Shown here piece after piece: positions 27,256 to 37,729 of a DNA stretch of 64,000 nt; within the stretch, counting starts at the first letter, position 1, and each line of letters begins with the position of its first letter. Source of the DNA: Alphaproteobacteria bacterium (GTDB taxonomy: Bacteria > Pseudomonadota > Alphaproteobacteria > JABAAW01); the NCBI GenBank assembly GCA_014238315.1, contig JABABG010000062.1, positions 3,568 to 67,567 on the forward strand, read 5' to 3'. The notes under the pieces are model-generated. The model saw nothing but the letters and a program-made list of their open reading frames with translations. It was not told where the DNA came from and searched no databases. A program made the position numbers and the translations under genes.

Positions 27256-29073
27256 TTATTTTTTCTGCATCAATCGAAATACGACTAAATATATTCCGAT
27301 TAGGACTGCTATACAAAATCCTGCTTGCTGCCACTTATACCTACCCATCAGTATGTATGCTAGGTATGGGATAGTCATCAATTCGTTTCTACCGAATAAG
27401 GCTATTGCGGATAGGTCTGCAATCGAGAGACAGAAGGCACACGCGATTGCGGCTTTGAGGCTTTTTTTTATAGTGGGCAAGTCTATATTTATGAATCGCG
27501 CGAGGTACGAAATATCTAACTGCTTCCACAGATGCGAGTAATCTCTAGCGATGGCGTAGAAGGGCTCAGAGAAGAATCGCAAGACGATGGGCAAGGCGAG
27601 CAAGGCGTTTATGACCACGAGGGCTACGAATAGACTTACTATAGGGGCTACTTGGTATATGGCAGAGCCTTGCATCAGCAAAAATACTCCTAACGCGAGC
27701 ACGATCGGCGGCACTGCGAGTAGCGGGTATGCGCCTAGCGCGAGCATGACTTCTGGTAAGAATTTTAGATAGCCTTTCTGGTTTTGCATCAAGGAGCCTT
27801 CGCGCACGCTCCATAATAACGGTAGAGCGAGCATCGAGCAGCATATAGCCGATGCGCCACCCAACGCGATAGTTACGAAAGTAGCTTGGTAGAAGATTCT
27901 TTCTGTTGCTATATCTGCGCCCGCAACGATTCCGCTGACAAGCGCGAAGGACGGGACGAAGAGAACCATTAGTAGCATGAGGGTTGCGAGCATTTTGAAG
28001 GCTTTTGGCAATTGGATAAGCAAACCCGAATGCATGCTTTGCTCGCGCGCCAACGCTGGTGCTCTAGTCAAACGTTTAGGCGCGCTGAGCGACAGCACGA
28101 TGAAGGATAGTAATATCTGTATCGTTGCGAGCAATGCTGCGCGTTGCGGGTTGAAATCGAACCGCACTGCCTCAAAGATAGCGACCGACAACGTGGTTGC
28201 GCGCGGACCGCCGCCTAGTATTAGTATGATGGTGAAGCTAGTCAGGCATAGGCTAAAGACGACTGCGCTCAGAGCGGCTACTACTGGTCTCAAACAAGGA
28301 AAGACTACATGCCGCAAGACGAGCAAGAAGGACAATCGTAGCTCGCGAGCCAAACGAAACGGCATTTGCCCTATATCTTCTAGGCGTTGCAAGAAGATGT
28401 AGGCTACCAGAGGTACATTAAAGAAGACATGGGCTACGATGATTCCAGACAAGCCGTATATTCTTTCAAAGATTCGCGTTGAGGTTATTGCGAGCGAGAT
28501 ACTATTGAATAGCCCATTATAACCGAATAGCTCAATTACACCGAAGGCTACGACCAACGGCGGCAATACGAAGCATAGTATGAGAGCGTCGACGAGCCAC
28601 TGCCGTTTTCGTTTTTCGATAGCTAGCAAGCGTAGGGCGCATAGTAACCCGCAGATAAGACTTATTGCGGTTGAGAGCAGGGCTTGCTTGATGGTGAATC
28701 CGATAGCGTGTCGAGTATATTCGTCAAACTGCTCTAAGATGCCTTGTTTGTTCTGGCTTGGGTTATTCTGGCTTGCGTTGTTGTGAATCGCGCTATTTTG
28801 CCCAAAGCCACTATGGGAACCCTGCGACAGCCCCTCGAATAACCCTAGCACGAGCACTACGAGCGCGAATATCGCTGGGGTTGCGGCGATTAATCCAACC
28901 GCCCACCAAGGCAACCAACGTTTTGGGCAACGCGTTGAGGCGATTCTCTCTGGGACGAGTCTCTCTGGGACGAGTCTCTCTGGGACGAGTCTCCCTGGTG
29001 CAAGTTTCTGCGAGACGAGTCCCTTCGGGCACCACTTTGAGTACCACCTTGAGTACCGTTTGGCGATTTTCAT
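27256..29073 (-). CDS. thiP: ABC transporter permease with duplicated permease domains, ThiP-like; 5' end contains 15-bp repeats
   Basis: About 600 aa with two 6-TM halves as in ThiP/FbpB-type permeases. The true start is probably internal (near LPWWAVGLIAA). Confidence 0.7.
   Translation of the reverse strand: MKIAKRYSRWYSKWCPKGLVSQKLAPGRLVPERLVPERLVPERIASTRCPKRWLPWWAVGLIAATPAIFALVVLVLGLFEGLSQGSHSGFGQNSAIHNNASQNNPSQNKQGILEQFDEYTRHAIGFTIKQALLSTAISLICGLLCALRLLAIEKRKRQWLVDALILCFVLPPLVVAFGVIELFGYNGLFNSISLAITSTRIFERIYGLSGIIVAHVFFNVPLVAYIFLQRLEDIGQMPFRLARELRLSFLLVLRHVVFPCLRPVVAALSAVVFSLCLTSFTIILILGGGPRATTLSVAIFEAVRFDFNPQRAALLATIQILLSFIVLSLSAPKRLTRAPALAREQSMHSGLLIQLPKAFKMLATLMLLMVLFVPSFALVSGIVAGADIATERIFYQATFVTIALGGASAICCSMLALPLLWSVREGSLMQNQKGYLKFLPEVMLALGAYPLLAVPPIVLALGVFLLMQGSAIYQVAPIVSLFVALVVINALLALPIVLRFFSEPFYAIARDYSHLWKQLDISYLARFINIDLPTIKKSLKAAIACAFCLSIADLSAIALFGRNELMTIPYLAYILMGRYKWQQAGFCIAVLIGIYLVVFRLMQKK
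28945..29034. repeat. 15-bp tandem repeat x6 (tctctctgggacgag-like)
   Basis: Direct reading; in-frame with the thiP upstream extension (LVPERLVPERLVPER). Confidence 0.85.
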
Positions 29074-29092
29074 ATTTACTTTTTATCTAACT

Positions 29093-30163
29093 TCAGAACC
29101 CTGCTTCAAGCCACTCTTTGATCCATTCCTTTCTTTCCTGTAGCACCAACCCCGGAGCTATGGTTAGGGTTTCCACCTCTTGCATTTGCTGTCTTATTTT
29201 TTCGAATTGTTCTGGTTTTTTAACCTGTTGAGCCTCGCTCAAAACTGGGAACATCCAGTTTGAGGTTGCGACCAACCTTTGCGCTGCGGGCGATATTAGG
29301 AATCGCAGGAAGTCTCTAGCGAGCTCTGGCTGTTTGCTTGTTTTAGCGATAGCTGCTACTTCGACCTGCACGAAGGACCCCTCTTCGAATATAGCGGCGC
29401 GGTAATCTTTATTATTTTCTTGTATTTCGTGATACAGGGGCGAGGTATTGTAGCTCAGCACCATATCTGCTTCTCCGTTTAGGAACAATCCGTATGCTTC
29501 GCTCCAACCTTTAGTGACTGTTACCATTTTGGGGAATAGTTTTTTCCATACTTCGCCTGCATTCTCACCGTATATTTTTTTGACCCACAGCAACAACCCC
29601 AGCCCTGGCGAGCTTGTTCGCGGGTCTTGTATGATTAATCGCAGGGGGCTATCCATCAACTCTTGGAACGAGTTAGGGGCTTGGGGCAATGTTTGTTTGT
29701 TATAGACGAATGCGAACCATCCGTAATCGAATGGTACGAATGTAGCGTCGACCCACTTTATGGGCATGTCGAACAATCTGTTATAGTTTCCTCCTAGCCC
29801 GTGAGGAACGAAGAACTCTTTAGCTTGTGCGCTCATATTATTGTCGATTCCGACGACTAGGTCTGCTTCGGACTGAGTTTGCTCGATAAGCAGAGTATTC
29901 AGTATCGCACCAGCATCCTCGAAAGCTCTATATATGACTTCGCACTCACACCTATCTTCGTACATTGGTTTAAGAGCGCTACCTAAACCTCCATCTACGG
30001 AGAAACTGTCGTATGTATATATGACTAGTTTTTTTTGCTGAGCTGCTACTGTGGATATTAGAGCTAGCGTTGCGATACCGAGAGCTACGAGCACCACTAC
30101 TACCATTTGCGCTAGCTTTGCGCGGGTTGGCGAACGGAACATTGAAGGGGCGATGGTGAGCAT
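29093..30163 (-). CDS. thiB: ABC transporter periplasmic substrate-binding protein, ThiB/FbpA family
   Basis: Signal peptide and type-II SBP layout; first gene of the BPQ operon. Confidence 0.65.
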   Translation of the reverse strand: MLTIAPSMFRSPTRAKLAQMVVVVLVALGIATLALISTVAAQQKKLVIYTYDSFSVDGGLGSALKPMYEDRCECEVIYRAFEDAGAILNTLLIEQTQSEADLVVGIDNNMSAQAKEFFVPHGLGGNYNRLFDMPIKWVDATFVPFDYGWFAFVYNKQTLPQAPNSFQELMDSPLRLIIQDPRTSSPGLGLLLWVKKIYGENAGEVWKKLFPKMVTVTKGWSEAYGLFLNGEADMVLSYNTSPLYHEIQENNKDYRAAIFEEGSFVQVEVAAIAKTSKQPELARDFLRFLISPAAQRLVATSNWMFPVLSEAQQVKKPEQFEKIRQQMQEVETLTIAPGLVLQERKEWIKEWLEAGF

Positions 30164-30180
30164 CCTTTTTACTCTTATGC

Positions 30181-30573
30181 TTATTTTGCCGTGCGAGCTC
30201 CGATGAGCTTTGTTGCAATGGGTTTTGTTGCTACGACTCTACGGTATGCGAGCATACAATGGTCTTTGCAATAGGGTCGTGTTTCGAAGGTTGGCTTTTC
30301 GCAAAAACTAAAATCTTTTTCTGCAGGGTCGCCCTTTGGCCATTGACATTTTTTTCTGGTCGGAGCTTCTATGTTAGTGTTATTTTTTTTGACGAGTTTT
30401 TTGCGAGATTTTGCCTCACCGCTTACAGAAATCCCTAGGCGATTAGCTTTGCCGATAACTGCATTTCGCGTTATACCGCCACCCATTTTTTTAGCGATGT
30501 CGCGCGCGCTCACGCCTGCTTGCCAGAATTCTTTGAGTTTTGCGATGTTTTCTGGTGTCCATTCGTAGGGCAT
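30181..30573 (-). CDS. gcrA: GcrA cell cycle regulator (short, 130 aa)
   Basis: N-terminal W..E....LK..W..G.SA..IA...GG.TRNAVIGK..RLG motif and C-terminal CQWPxGDP ... FC ... YC..H motif. Confidence 0.8.
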   Translation of the reverse strand: MPYEWTPENIAKLKEFWQAGVSARDIAKKMGGGITRNAVIGKANRLGISVSGEAKSRKKLVKKNNTNIEAPTRKKCQWPKGDPAEKDFSFCEKPTFETRPYCKDHCMLAYRRVVATKPIATKLIGARTAK

Positions 30574-30814
30574 GTGGATTGTCTAGCATGGAAAGGTACT
30601 GATAGACAACGACTTTTGCAGAAAAACTCTTGCAAAAAAACCTTGCAGGAGAGGGTTTTTTACCACAGAGCTTTTTGCGGGAGAATTTTTTGCGCATGTT
30701 TGTTTGCTTGAAAAAAATGCTATGCTAACGAACGCCCTACGCTAACAAATACTGTGCGAATACTATGGAGCAGAATCCCATCGTATTTTCAAACTAGAGA
30801 CTAGGTACTTTTGC

Positions 30815-31417
30815 ATGCGCCAAACTTCCTTCCCGCGAGACAAATTTTCGACTAGGCTTTTAGCGAGTCTTTTTTCAGCCTTGTCGCTGGCTATGGCTTT
30901 GACTTTAGCTAGTGCCTGCGCAAAGCAGGGAAGCTCTGATAAGGGCAAGAGTAAGTATTCACGCGAGGCTTGCCCGAATATCTTCGTAGCGGAGCTTTTT
31001 TCGACGAAGGATATTCTAGACGAGCTCCGAGATAGCAAACATCAACTCAGCTTTACGAAGGTAACGGCAGTTTGCAAACTCGACAAACAAGGCGTGAGAT
31101 TGCTGGATTTATCGTTCAGCTTTTTGCTGGAACCTGGGCTAAGCAAGCACTCTAGTCGGCGCAGACTTTTGCTACCATTATTTGCGGTTGCCAGCATAGA
31201 CGAGAAGACGATAGTTTCTCGCGTTGACAAATTTTTGTCGGTCAGGTTTACCGCGAGCGGTCGTGCTGAGGGGCGCTGGTTGCTCGCGCTTCCGAGCAAT
31301 TCTAGTGCTTTGCCGTCGCAAACAAAACCGAGCTCGCCAAACTTCTCGCTTTACTTAGGCTTTGACGGTGCCGACAGTCCTTTTGCGTTGCAGGATTTAC
31401 TAGAAAAAAGAGGCTAG
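30815..31417 (+). CDS. hypothetical lipoprotein
   Basis: Signal peptide ending LASAC (lipobox-like); no recognised domain. Confidence 0.35.
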   Translation: MRQTSFPRDKFSTRLLASLFSALSLAMALTLASACAKQGSSDKGKSKYSREACPNIFVAELFSTKDILDELRDSKHQLSFTKVTAVCKLDKQGVRLLDLSFSFLLEPGLSKHSSRRRLLLPLFAVASIDEKTIVSRVDKFLSVRFTASGRAEGRWLLALPSNSSALPSQTKPSSPNFSLYLGFDGADSPFALQDLLEKRG

Positions 31418-31457
31418 TCCATGCGCTGTTAGCTCTTTTAGTTATAGCTAACTAGCG

Positions 31458-32531
31458 TTGGCAATTTGCGAAGCTATAGCTATGTCCGAATCTATTAATT
31501 ACATAGACACGCAAGCGGTTATAGTCGGAGCAGGTCCGGTAGGTCTTTTTTCAGTATTCGAGCTGGGTCTTTTAGACATTTCCTGCCATGTAGTAGATGT
31601 ATTATTGCGCCCTGGCGGTCAGTGCGCAGAGCTTTACCCTGATAAGCCTATCTACGACATCCCCGCCCTTCCGATAGTAACTGGACGCGAGTTATCGGAT
31701 CGTCTTATGGAGCAGATAAAGCCGTTTTCACCGCGCTTTCACTTTGGCGAGACCATATTAAAATTAGAGGGTTCGGCGGCTGATGGTTTTTGTTTGCACA
31801 GCGGTAGCGGCAAGATTTTTCGTTGCGCTGTTGTAATTATCGCCTCAGGCGGAGGCTTATTCGTTGCGAAGAAGCCTTCGATAGCGGGCATCGAGCGATA
31901 CGAGGACACTTCGGTATTTTACGCCATTAGAGAGAAGAGTAAGTTTTTGAACAAGTCTATTGTTATAGCTGGAGGAGGTGACTCTGCGCTAGACTGGGCA
32001 CTAGAGCTGTGCGGCTATGCGAGCAAGGTTCGGTTATTGCACCGTCGTTCTGAGTTTCGCGCGACACCTGCTTCCGTGCGCAAGTTTGAGGATCTTTTGT
32101 CGCGAAAGAAGATAAACTTCACCATCGGCAGCGTTGATTCGATAGAGGGTAACGACAACGGAGATGGCACTATATCCCGTCTAGTTATAAAAGACGCTGA
32201 TGGTAATAAGACTTATTTATCGGATGTAGATTATTTTTTACCTTTTTTTGGGCTGACGATGCGCCCTGGTCCGATTACGGATTTTTCTTTAGAGATGGCG
32301 GATGGCGGCATTGTTGTCGATACGCATGCTTTTGAGAGCTCTCGCCAAGGTATTTTTGCGATAGGCGACATTTCGCAGTATTCTGGCAAACTGAAGTTAA
32401 TCTTGTCTGGCTTTCACGAGGCTGCCCTTATGTCTCATAAGGCACACGAGTATGTTTATCCAGACCGCAAGTTGCGCTTTCAACATACGACCTCGAGCAG
32501 CTCGTTGCGCAAAAAGTTGTCGGGTGCTTAA
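31458..32531 (+). CDS. fpr: ferredoxin--NADP(+) reductase, thioredoxin-reductase-like type
   Basis: Two Rossmann GxGxxG motifs (GAGPVG, GGGDSA) in a TrxR-like arrangement. Confidence 0.7.
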   Translation: MAICEAIAMSESINYIDTQAVIVGAGPVGLFSVFELGLLDISCHVVDVLLRPGGQCAELYPDKPIYDIPALPIVTGRELSDRLMEQIKPFSPRFHFGETILKLEGSAADGFCLHSGSGKIFRCAVVIIASGGGLFVAKKPSIAGIERYEDTSVFYAIREKSKFLNKSIVIAGGGDSALDWALELCGYASKVRLLHRRSEFRATPASVRKFEDLLSRKKINFTIGSVDSIEGNDNGDGTISRLVIKDADGNKTYLSDVDYFLPFFGLTMRPGPITDFSLEMADGGIVVDTHAFESSRQGIFAIGDISQYSGKLKLILSGFHEAALMSHKAHEYVYPDRKLRFQHTTSSSSLRKKLSGA

Positions 32532-32961
32532 TTTTTGCTATTTCAGGTTTTTCCATCGGCTAAAAAATTTATTTAGAGCTTGACTAATAAAGGTAGTTGC
32601 GCTATTGATTCCCGTAACCTTGGGGATAAGAATATATTTCTAAATATATTCTTATGGACTTGTTTCCTTGACCTCCGACCCTCCTTCACATTTTTGAATA
32701 TCTTTTCTAGCTAGGCTTTGTCTGGTTTTTAAGAGGCTTTGTAGTTTTTTTGCATTCTTGTACTGCAGTTTACTTTTACCTCTCGATCGATTGTTGGCAA
32801 ATCGAGCTAGATAGCCTGATTAGATATACGATTTCAACCTAACTATAGTACTGCCAAGACTGCGTAGTGCTTATTTCACTGCATATTTTTAGTTGTGCTT
32901 TATTTTTTATTGCGAGCACTTTTTTCAACGGAACATCCTTTAGGGATTAGGAGCGACTACT

Positions 32962-34218
32962 TTGCATTTACAAGAACTTAACGCACTGCCTCCGCAGCAA
33001 TTGCTAGCGAAGGCGGACGATTTGGGAATAGAAAACACGAGCGGCATGCGCAAGCAGAAGTTGACCTTTATGATTTTGCATCGTCTTGCTGAGCGCGGCG
33101 TTGCGATATTTGGGGTTGGCGTTTTGGATGTCCAATCGGACAGCTTTGGCTATCTTCGCTCGGCTGGCGCGAACTACTTACCTGGTCCAGACGACATTTA
33201 CCTTTCGCCACAGCAGGTTCGCCGCTATGGCTTGCGCACTGGCGACAGCGTTGAGGGCGAGCTTTGCGCTCCGAAGGATGTTGAGCGTTATTTTGCGCTA
33301 TCGAAGATAACGAAGATAAACGGAGACGATCCGGACGATTTACGCAAACGGGTTAACTTCGACAACCTCACCCCTCTCTACCCTGATGAGAAGCTGGTAT
33401 TAGAGACGGAGGAGCAGCCGGATAAGTCTTACACTTCTCGCATAATCGACATCATTGCGCCGATCGGCAAGGGACAGCGAGCTTTGATAGTAGCGCCTCC
33501 ACGCACGGGTAAGACTGTGATAATGCAGAACATTGCGCGTTCTTTAGAACTGAACCACCCAGAGGTTCACCTTATAGTTTTACTTATAGACGAGCGTCCG
33601 GAGGAGGTTACGGACATGCAGCGTTCGGTTAAAGGCGAGGTTGTCAGCTCGACATTTGACGAGCTAGCGAGCCGTCACATTCAGGTTGCGGAGATGGTGA
33701 TAGAGAAGGCGAAGCGTTTAGTCGAACAAAAGCGAGATGTTGTTATTCTATTAGATTCGATCACGCGCCTAGCGCGAGCGTATAACACGGTTGTTCCGAG
33801 TAGCGGCAAGGTTTTGACTGGTGGCGTTGATTCGAACGCATTGCATCGTCCGAAGCGATTTTTTGGAGCTGCCCGCAACATAGAGCAGGGAGGTTCTCTA
33901 ACGATTATTTCTACGGCTTTAGTTGAAACTGGTAGCCGCATGGACGAGGTTATTTTTGAGGAGTTTAAGGGTACTGGCAATTCGGAGATTGTTTTGGATC
34001 GCAAACTTTCGGACAAGCGGACATTCCCGGCGATAGATGTTTCGCGCTCTGGCACACGCAAGGAGGAGTTACTTTTAGGCAAGGATATTTTATCGAAGGT
34101 TTGGATTTTGCGACGCATTCTTGCACCGATGAACGTTATTGACGCGATCGATTTTCTTTTAGAGAAACTTCGCGACAGCAAGACGAACGACGACTTTTTC
34201 CAACGGATGAACAACTAG
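32962..34218 (+). CDS. rho: transcription termination factor Rho
   Basis: N-terminal OB/RNA-binding domain, Walker A APPRTGKT, RecA-like core; about 430-bp leader upstream. Confidence 0.95.
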   Translation: MHLQELNALPPQQLLAKADDLGIENTSGMRKQKLTFMILHRLAERGVAIFGVGVLDVQSDSFGYLRSAGANYLPGPDDIYLSPQQVRRYGLRTGDSVEGELCAPKDVERYFALSKITKINGDDPDDLRKRVNFDNLTPLYPDEKLVLETEEQPDKSYTSRIIDIIAPIGKGQRALIVAPPRTGKTVIMQNIARSLELNHPEVHLIVLLIDERPEEVTDMQRSVKGEVVSSTFDELASRHIQVAEMVIEKAKRLVEQKRDVVILLDSITRLARAYNTVVPSSGKVLTGGVDSNALHRPKRFFGAARNIEQGGSLTIISTALVETGSRMDEVIFEEFKGTGNSEIVLDRKLSDKRTFPAIDVSRSGTRKEELLLGKDILSKVWILRRILAPMNVIDAIDFLLEKLRDSKTNDDFFQRMNN

Positions 34219-34505
34219 CCAGAGTTTCCAGCAAAAGTTTTCCAGCAAGCTTTTGACTTGTGAGAATTTTTATAAGCGCGCGAGCATAAGCAACCGTAAG
34301 CGACATGGTCGCAAGCTCTGGTGAATGCAAACTCCAGTGAGTAATTGAGTAGGCATATCGGGGAATGTGTTGAGATTGGCTTACCTACCCACGAAAAAAT
34401 ACGAGAGACTTATCCTGCTTGGTATAGCGTGCGTTAGCAGGCGAGATTTGAGCTTCCTCGAACGCAAGTAACTTTCTTGTAAAAATAACTATAATAAATT
34501 TATAC

Positions 34506-34578
34506 GCGTTCGTAGCTCAACGGATAGAGCAACTGCCTTCTAAGCAGTAGGTTGCAGGTTCGAGTCCTGCCGAACGCG
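34506..34578 (+). tRNA. tRNA-Arg (anticodon TCT)
   Basis: Cloverleaf read by eye: 7-bp acceptor stem gcgttcg/cgaacgc, anticodon loop cttctaa, T-arm ggttcgagtcc. Confidence 0.85.
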
Positions 34579-34816
34579 ATTCTACCCATTGCTTAGTAGC
34601 GACGCGCCTGCTTCGAGGCATAGGCTAGTCCAGTCGCAAACTCTGGTGCATTACCAGCAAGCACATCGAGGGGATTGGGGTGAGAAACCCTCTCACAAAA
34701 CACGGAAAAGGCAAAAGGAGGCGGAACCACAGCATACGCATGGTTTCTATGGGATAAAGATAACGCAAAACAAAGTTACAAACTCGAAGAATTAGCTCTA
34801 CCACAAGCGAGAGCCA

Positions 34817-35278
34817 TCAGTGGGTCCAGGGCACCTTGCGATCGTGCGCAAAGTTAGCGGCGTAAGACTTGCCGTAAGGTTTCTTCGGAATCTTACCCTT
34901 ACCGTTGCTACTACCCTTGCCATTACTCTTACCCTTACTCTTACCCTTGCCTTTGCCCTCGTTGGCATCTTGATCGATTTCTTGGCGTTCCCATTTACGA
35001 ACCTGCTGCGGACGCACGATAGGCGTCAACCCCTGCGAGTTCGCCCAGCGCAAAGCGCCGTCCAAATCCGCAAAGGATAAACGGAGCTGCTCCTGCGTAT
35101 CGCCCCCACCGTACCAACCCATAGTTGCATCGGGCAAATATCGCCAGCCAGTCGCAGACGCAGAACCGCGCTGAGAATCAGAGCGAGGAAACTCGGTCAA
35201 CCAATTCTCCGTGAGCGCACGACCAGATTGCATAGCCGTTTTCGATGCTCGATAAATATAGACATAACGTTTAGACAT
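34817..35278 (-). CDS. NDUFS4-like ETC complex I subunit conserved-region protein with Gly/Lys repeat tail
   Basis: N-terminal YRPAKTAMQSGRA signature of the alphaproteobacterial NDUFS4-like family; C-terminal KGKGKSKGKSNGKG tail encoded by 12-bp repeats. Confidence 0.65.
   Translation of the reverse strand: MSKRYVYIYRASKTAMQSGRALTENWLTEFPRSDSQRGSASATGWRYLPDATMGWYGGGDTQEQLRLSFADLDGALRWANSQGLTPIVRPQQVRKWERQEIDQDANEGKGKGKSKGKSNGKGSSNGKGKIPKKPYGKSYAANFAHDRKVPWTH
34892..34963. repeat. 12-bp tandem repeat x6 (cttacccttact-like)
   Basis: Direct reading; in-frame in the NDUFS4-like gene. Confidence 0.85.
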
Positions 35279-35327
35279 ACAAATAACTCTACATAAGGCT
35301 CTGCTTATTTAGCTAGCCGTAAAAATT

Positions 35328-35401
35328 TCGGGACGGCAGGACTCGAACCTGCGGCATCCTGCTCCCAAAGCAGGCACTCTACCAGACTGAGCTACGTCCC
35401 G
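35328..35401 (-). tRNA. tRNA-Pro (anticodon TGG)
   Basis: Reverse complement gives cgggacgtagctcagtctggtagagtgcctgctttgggagcagg...ggttcgagtcctgccgtcccga. Anticodon loop tttggga. Confidence 0.85.
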
Positions 35402-35418
35402 CGAAAACAACAACCCCG

Positions 35419-36330
35419 TCAATGCAACATAATCGCACAAAGGCTAATACCCAAAACGCATTCTAGAACCTGCTCGCCAAAGCCGCATAGGTCGCCAGAA
35501 GCTCCATCGAAAAACCTAACGAAAAACAACAACAAGCATACAGAGCAAAGCGCAAAAACTAAAAGAAAAATTACAGAAGAAAATAGAGGCAAAAAAACAA
35601 AGCTGAAAAAACTGCACATAAATAATGAGGAAAAAACAGAAAATAGGCTAGGTTTGTTGATCTTGCTGGCGAGTCTAGCGCCTCGCATCGATAAGGCAAA
35701 ACGAAACCATAGCGCGAACGAACTACGCGAGCTCAAGTGTAGCAACAATAGGGACAAAACTAGAGTCCCTAGGCTCTTTTCGAGCAAGAAAGTCAGTGCG
35801 GCAGCGCGTATAGCAAAGGATAAAATTAATGCGAGAACCGCAAAGCTACCAATATCCGGCGATTCCATAACGAGAATTCGCCGTTCCATAACGACTCCTA
35901 GGGCGTCAGACGTATCGGCTAGTCCATCTTCGTGTAGCGCGCCACTCAAGATCATGCCGCATAATAGAGTAAGGCAAACGCATATAAAGTTAGGCAAAAC
36001 CTGATTAGGCAAAACCTGATTAGGCAAGACCTGAAAGGTTAGAACCGCGCAGAGGCTACAAACAGAGCCTATTAGCAATCCACATATACTCGCAGACCAT
36101 CCGTGCCGCTCTAACCAGAAAAAATGCGAGGAGGCAGGTATTGGGCTGGAAGATAACGAGGTTTCCGATACTCGCGTTCGTCGAGACGATGCTGCTCTTT
36201 TATAAAAACGCGAAAGTGGTAGAATCGTCAAAAATTCTAGAGACTGCGCCAGCGCGAGCGAAACATCGCGTAAAAAGCCAGATAGCATCCCGGATAACAT
36301 CCCAAATAACATCCTATAGCGTAGCCGCAT
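35419..36330 (-). CDS. cobS: adenosylcobinamide-GDP ribazoletransferase (cobalamin synthase) with in-frame QVLPN x3 repeat
   Basis: Multi-TM CobS-like protein (FLTILP, D-containing loops) next to cobT; carries a 15-bp x3 repeat. Confidence 0.7.
   Translation of the reverse strand: MRLRYRMLFGMLSGMLSGFLRDVSLALAQSLEFLTILPLSRFYKRAASSRRTRVSETSLSSSPIPASSHFFWLERHGWSASICGLLIGSVCSLCAVLTFQVLPNQVLPNQVLPNFICVCLTLLCGMILSGALHEDGLADTSDALGVVMERRILVMESPDIGSFAVLALILSFAIRAAALTFLLEKSLGTLVLSLLLLHLSSRSSFALWFRFALSMRGARLASKINKPSLFSVFSSLFMCSFFSFVFLPLFSSVIFLLVFALCSVCLLLFFVRFFDGASGDLCGFGEQVLECVLGISLCAIMLH
35990..36034. repeat. 15-bp tandem repeat x3 (ttaggcaaaacctga)
   Basis: Direct reading; in-frame in cobS. Confidence 0.85.
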
Positions 36331-36404
36331 TTTTATAAACCTCGCGATAGTTTAGCCTACAAGAAAGAACCTTCCGTACGGAGCGTAAGCCTGAATAAAA
36401 TAGC

Positions 36405-37517
36405 ATGCCTAACAACGACGATTACCAAAATATCAACGAAAACCTACTAACTCCCTTGCTCGCTGTTAGAGATAAGGAACGAGCAAAGATGCAAGAAGTA
36501 GCGAAGCTAGCGCTCGTAGCGACCCGCGAGCGCGAAAAATCGCTAACTAAACCCGACGGCGCGCTCGGCAGATTAGAGCAGCTGTGCGAGCATCTCGCCT
36601 TTTGGCAAGCAAAATCCCCGCCGATACTAGAAGATGTGCACGTTGTCGTCTTCGCAGCCAAACACGGAATATGCCGCGAAGGAGTGTCCGCATACCCAAG
36701 CAGCGTCACCGAACAGATGGTCGAAAACTTCCAGAATGGTGGCGCTGCCATAAACCAACTATGCAAAATCGCAAAAGCAAAGCTACGGGTAGAGACTGTA
36801 GCCTTTGAAAAGCAAACCGCGAGTTTTCTACGAAAGCCAGCCATGTCGAGCGAAGAATGCGCGAAGGCTTTCAAAAAGGGTAGCGATTGCATAGAAAAAG
36901 CGGACTTGCTGGCACTCGGCGAAATGGGAATCGGCAATAGCTCCGCGGCGGCGGCAATGCTTTATGCGCTATACGGCGGTACAGCGAGCCAATGGGTCGG
37001 AACGGGAACGGGGCTCGGAGGCGAAAAGTACGAACATAAAATAAAAATTATCGAACAAGCTGTAAGGCGATTCAATAAAAAATACGGCGAAGAAAACGAG
37101 GCGCGGAAAAAAATATCTAAAAGAATGTCTAACGGAGAAAGAGCTTGGAGAATTTTATGCGAGTTCGGGGGATACGAACTTGCTGCGATCGTAGGCGCAT
37201 TGATGAAGGCTAACGCGTTGCGAATTCCAACTTTGCTCGACGGGGTTCCTTGTTGCGCCGCCGCGGCTATCGTTAAAAATTTGAGCAAAAAATCATTAGA
37301 AAATTGTCTACTGGCACATCGTTCGGATCAAAAAGGCACTACCGAGATACAAAAAAGACTTAGAGTAGGACTACCCGTACTAGACTTGAAAATGCGTCTC
37401 GGCGAGGGTTCCGGGGCTACGCTGGCAATTCTAGTGTTGCGGGCTGCGCTTGCTTGCCACAGAGGCATGGCGTCTTTCGAGCAGGCTCGCGTTGACGGAA
37501 GGCTAGCGGAAAAGTAG
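36405..37517 (+). CDS. cobT: nicotinate-nucleotide--dimethylbenzimidazole phosphoribosyltransferase
   Basis: GEMGIGNSSAAAAM motif and CobT length. Confidence 0.85.
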   Translation: MPNNDDYQNINENLLTPLLAVRDKERAKMQEVAKLALVATREREKSLTKPDGALGRLEQLCEHLAFWQAKSPPILEDVHVVVFAAKHGICREGVSAYPSSVTEQMVENFQNGGAAINQLCKIAKAKLRVETVAFEKQTASFLRKPAMSSEECAKAFKKGSDCIEKADLLALGEMGIGNSSAAAAMLYALYGGTASQWVGTGTGLGGEKYEHKIKIIEQAVRRFNKKYGEENEARKKISKRMSNGERAWRILCEFGGYELAAIVGALMKANALRIPTLLDGVPCCAAAAIVKNLSKKSLENCLLAHRSDQKGTTEIQKRLRVGLPVLDLKMRLGEGSGATLAILVLRAALACHRGMASFEQARVDGRLAEK

Positions 37518-37610
37518 AGAAAAATTCTATAAATACAACATAGCCTCTCGTGAAAAAAAACTTACTTCAACGACCCCCACCACACACCCCGACGAAACCT
37601 ACTTCGGCGT

Positions 37611-37729
37611 CTCGTCTTGCTTGATGCCTCGCCTTGCTTGATGCCTCGCCTTGCTTGATGTCCCGCCTTGCTTGATGTCCCGCCTTGCTTGAGGTCTCGC
37701 CTTGCTTGAGGTCTCGCCTTGCTTGAGGT
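37611..37729. repeat. 17-bp tandem repeat x7 (ctcgccttgcttgatgc family with 3 sub-variants) in cobT-mnmG intergenic region
   Basis: Direct reading. Unit length 17 is not a multiple of 3 and it lies in a 565-bp non-coding gap. Followed by C-rich tracts at 37990-38080. Confidence 0.9.
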
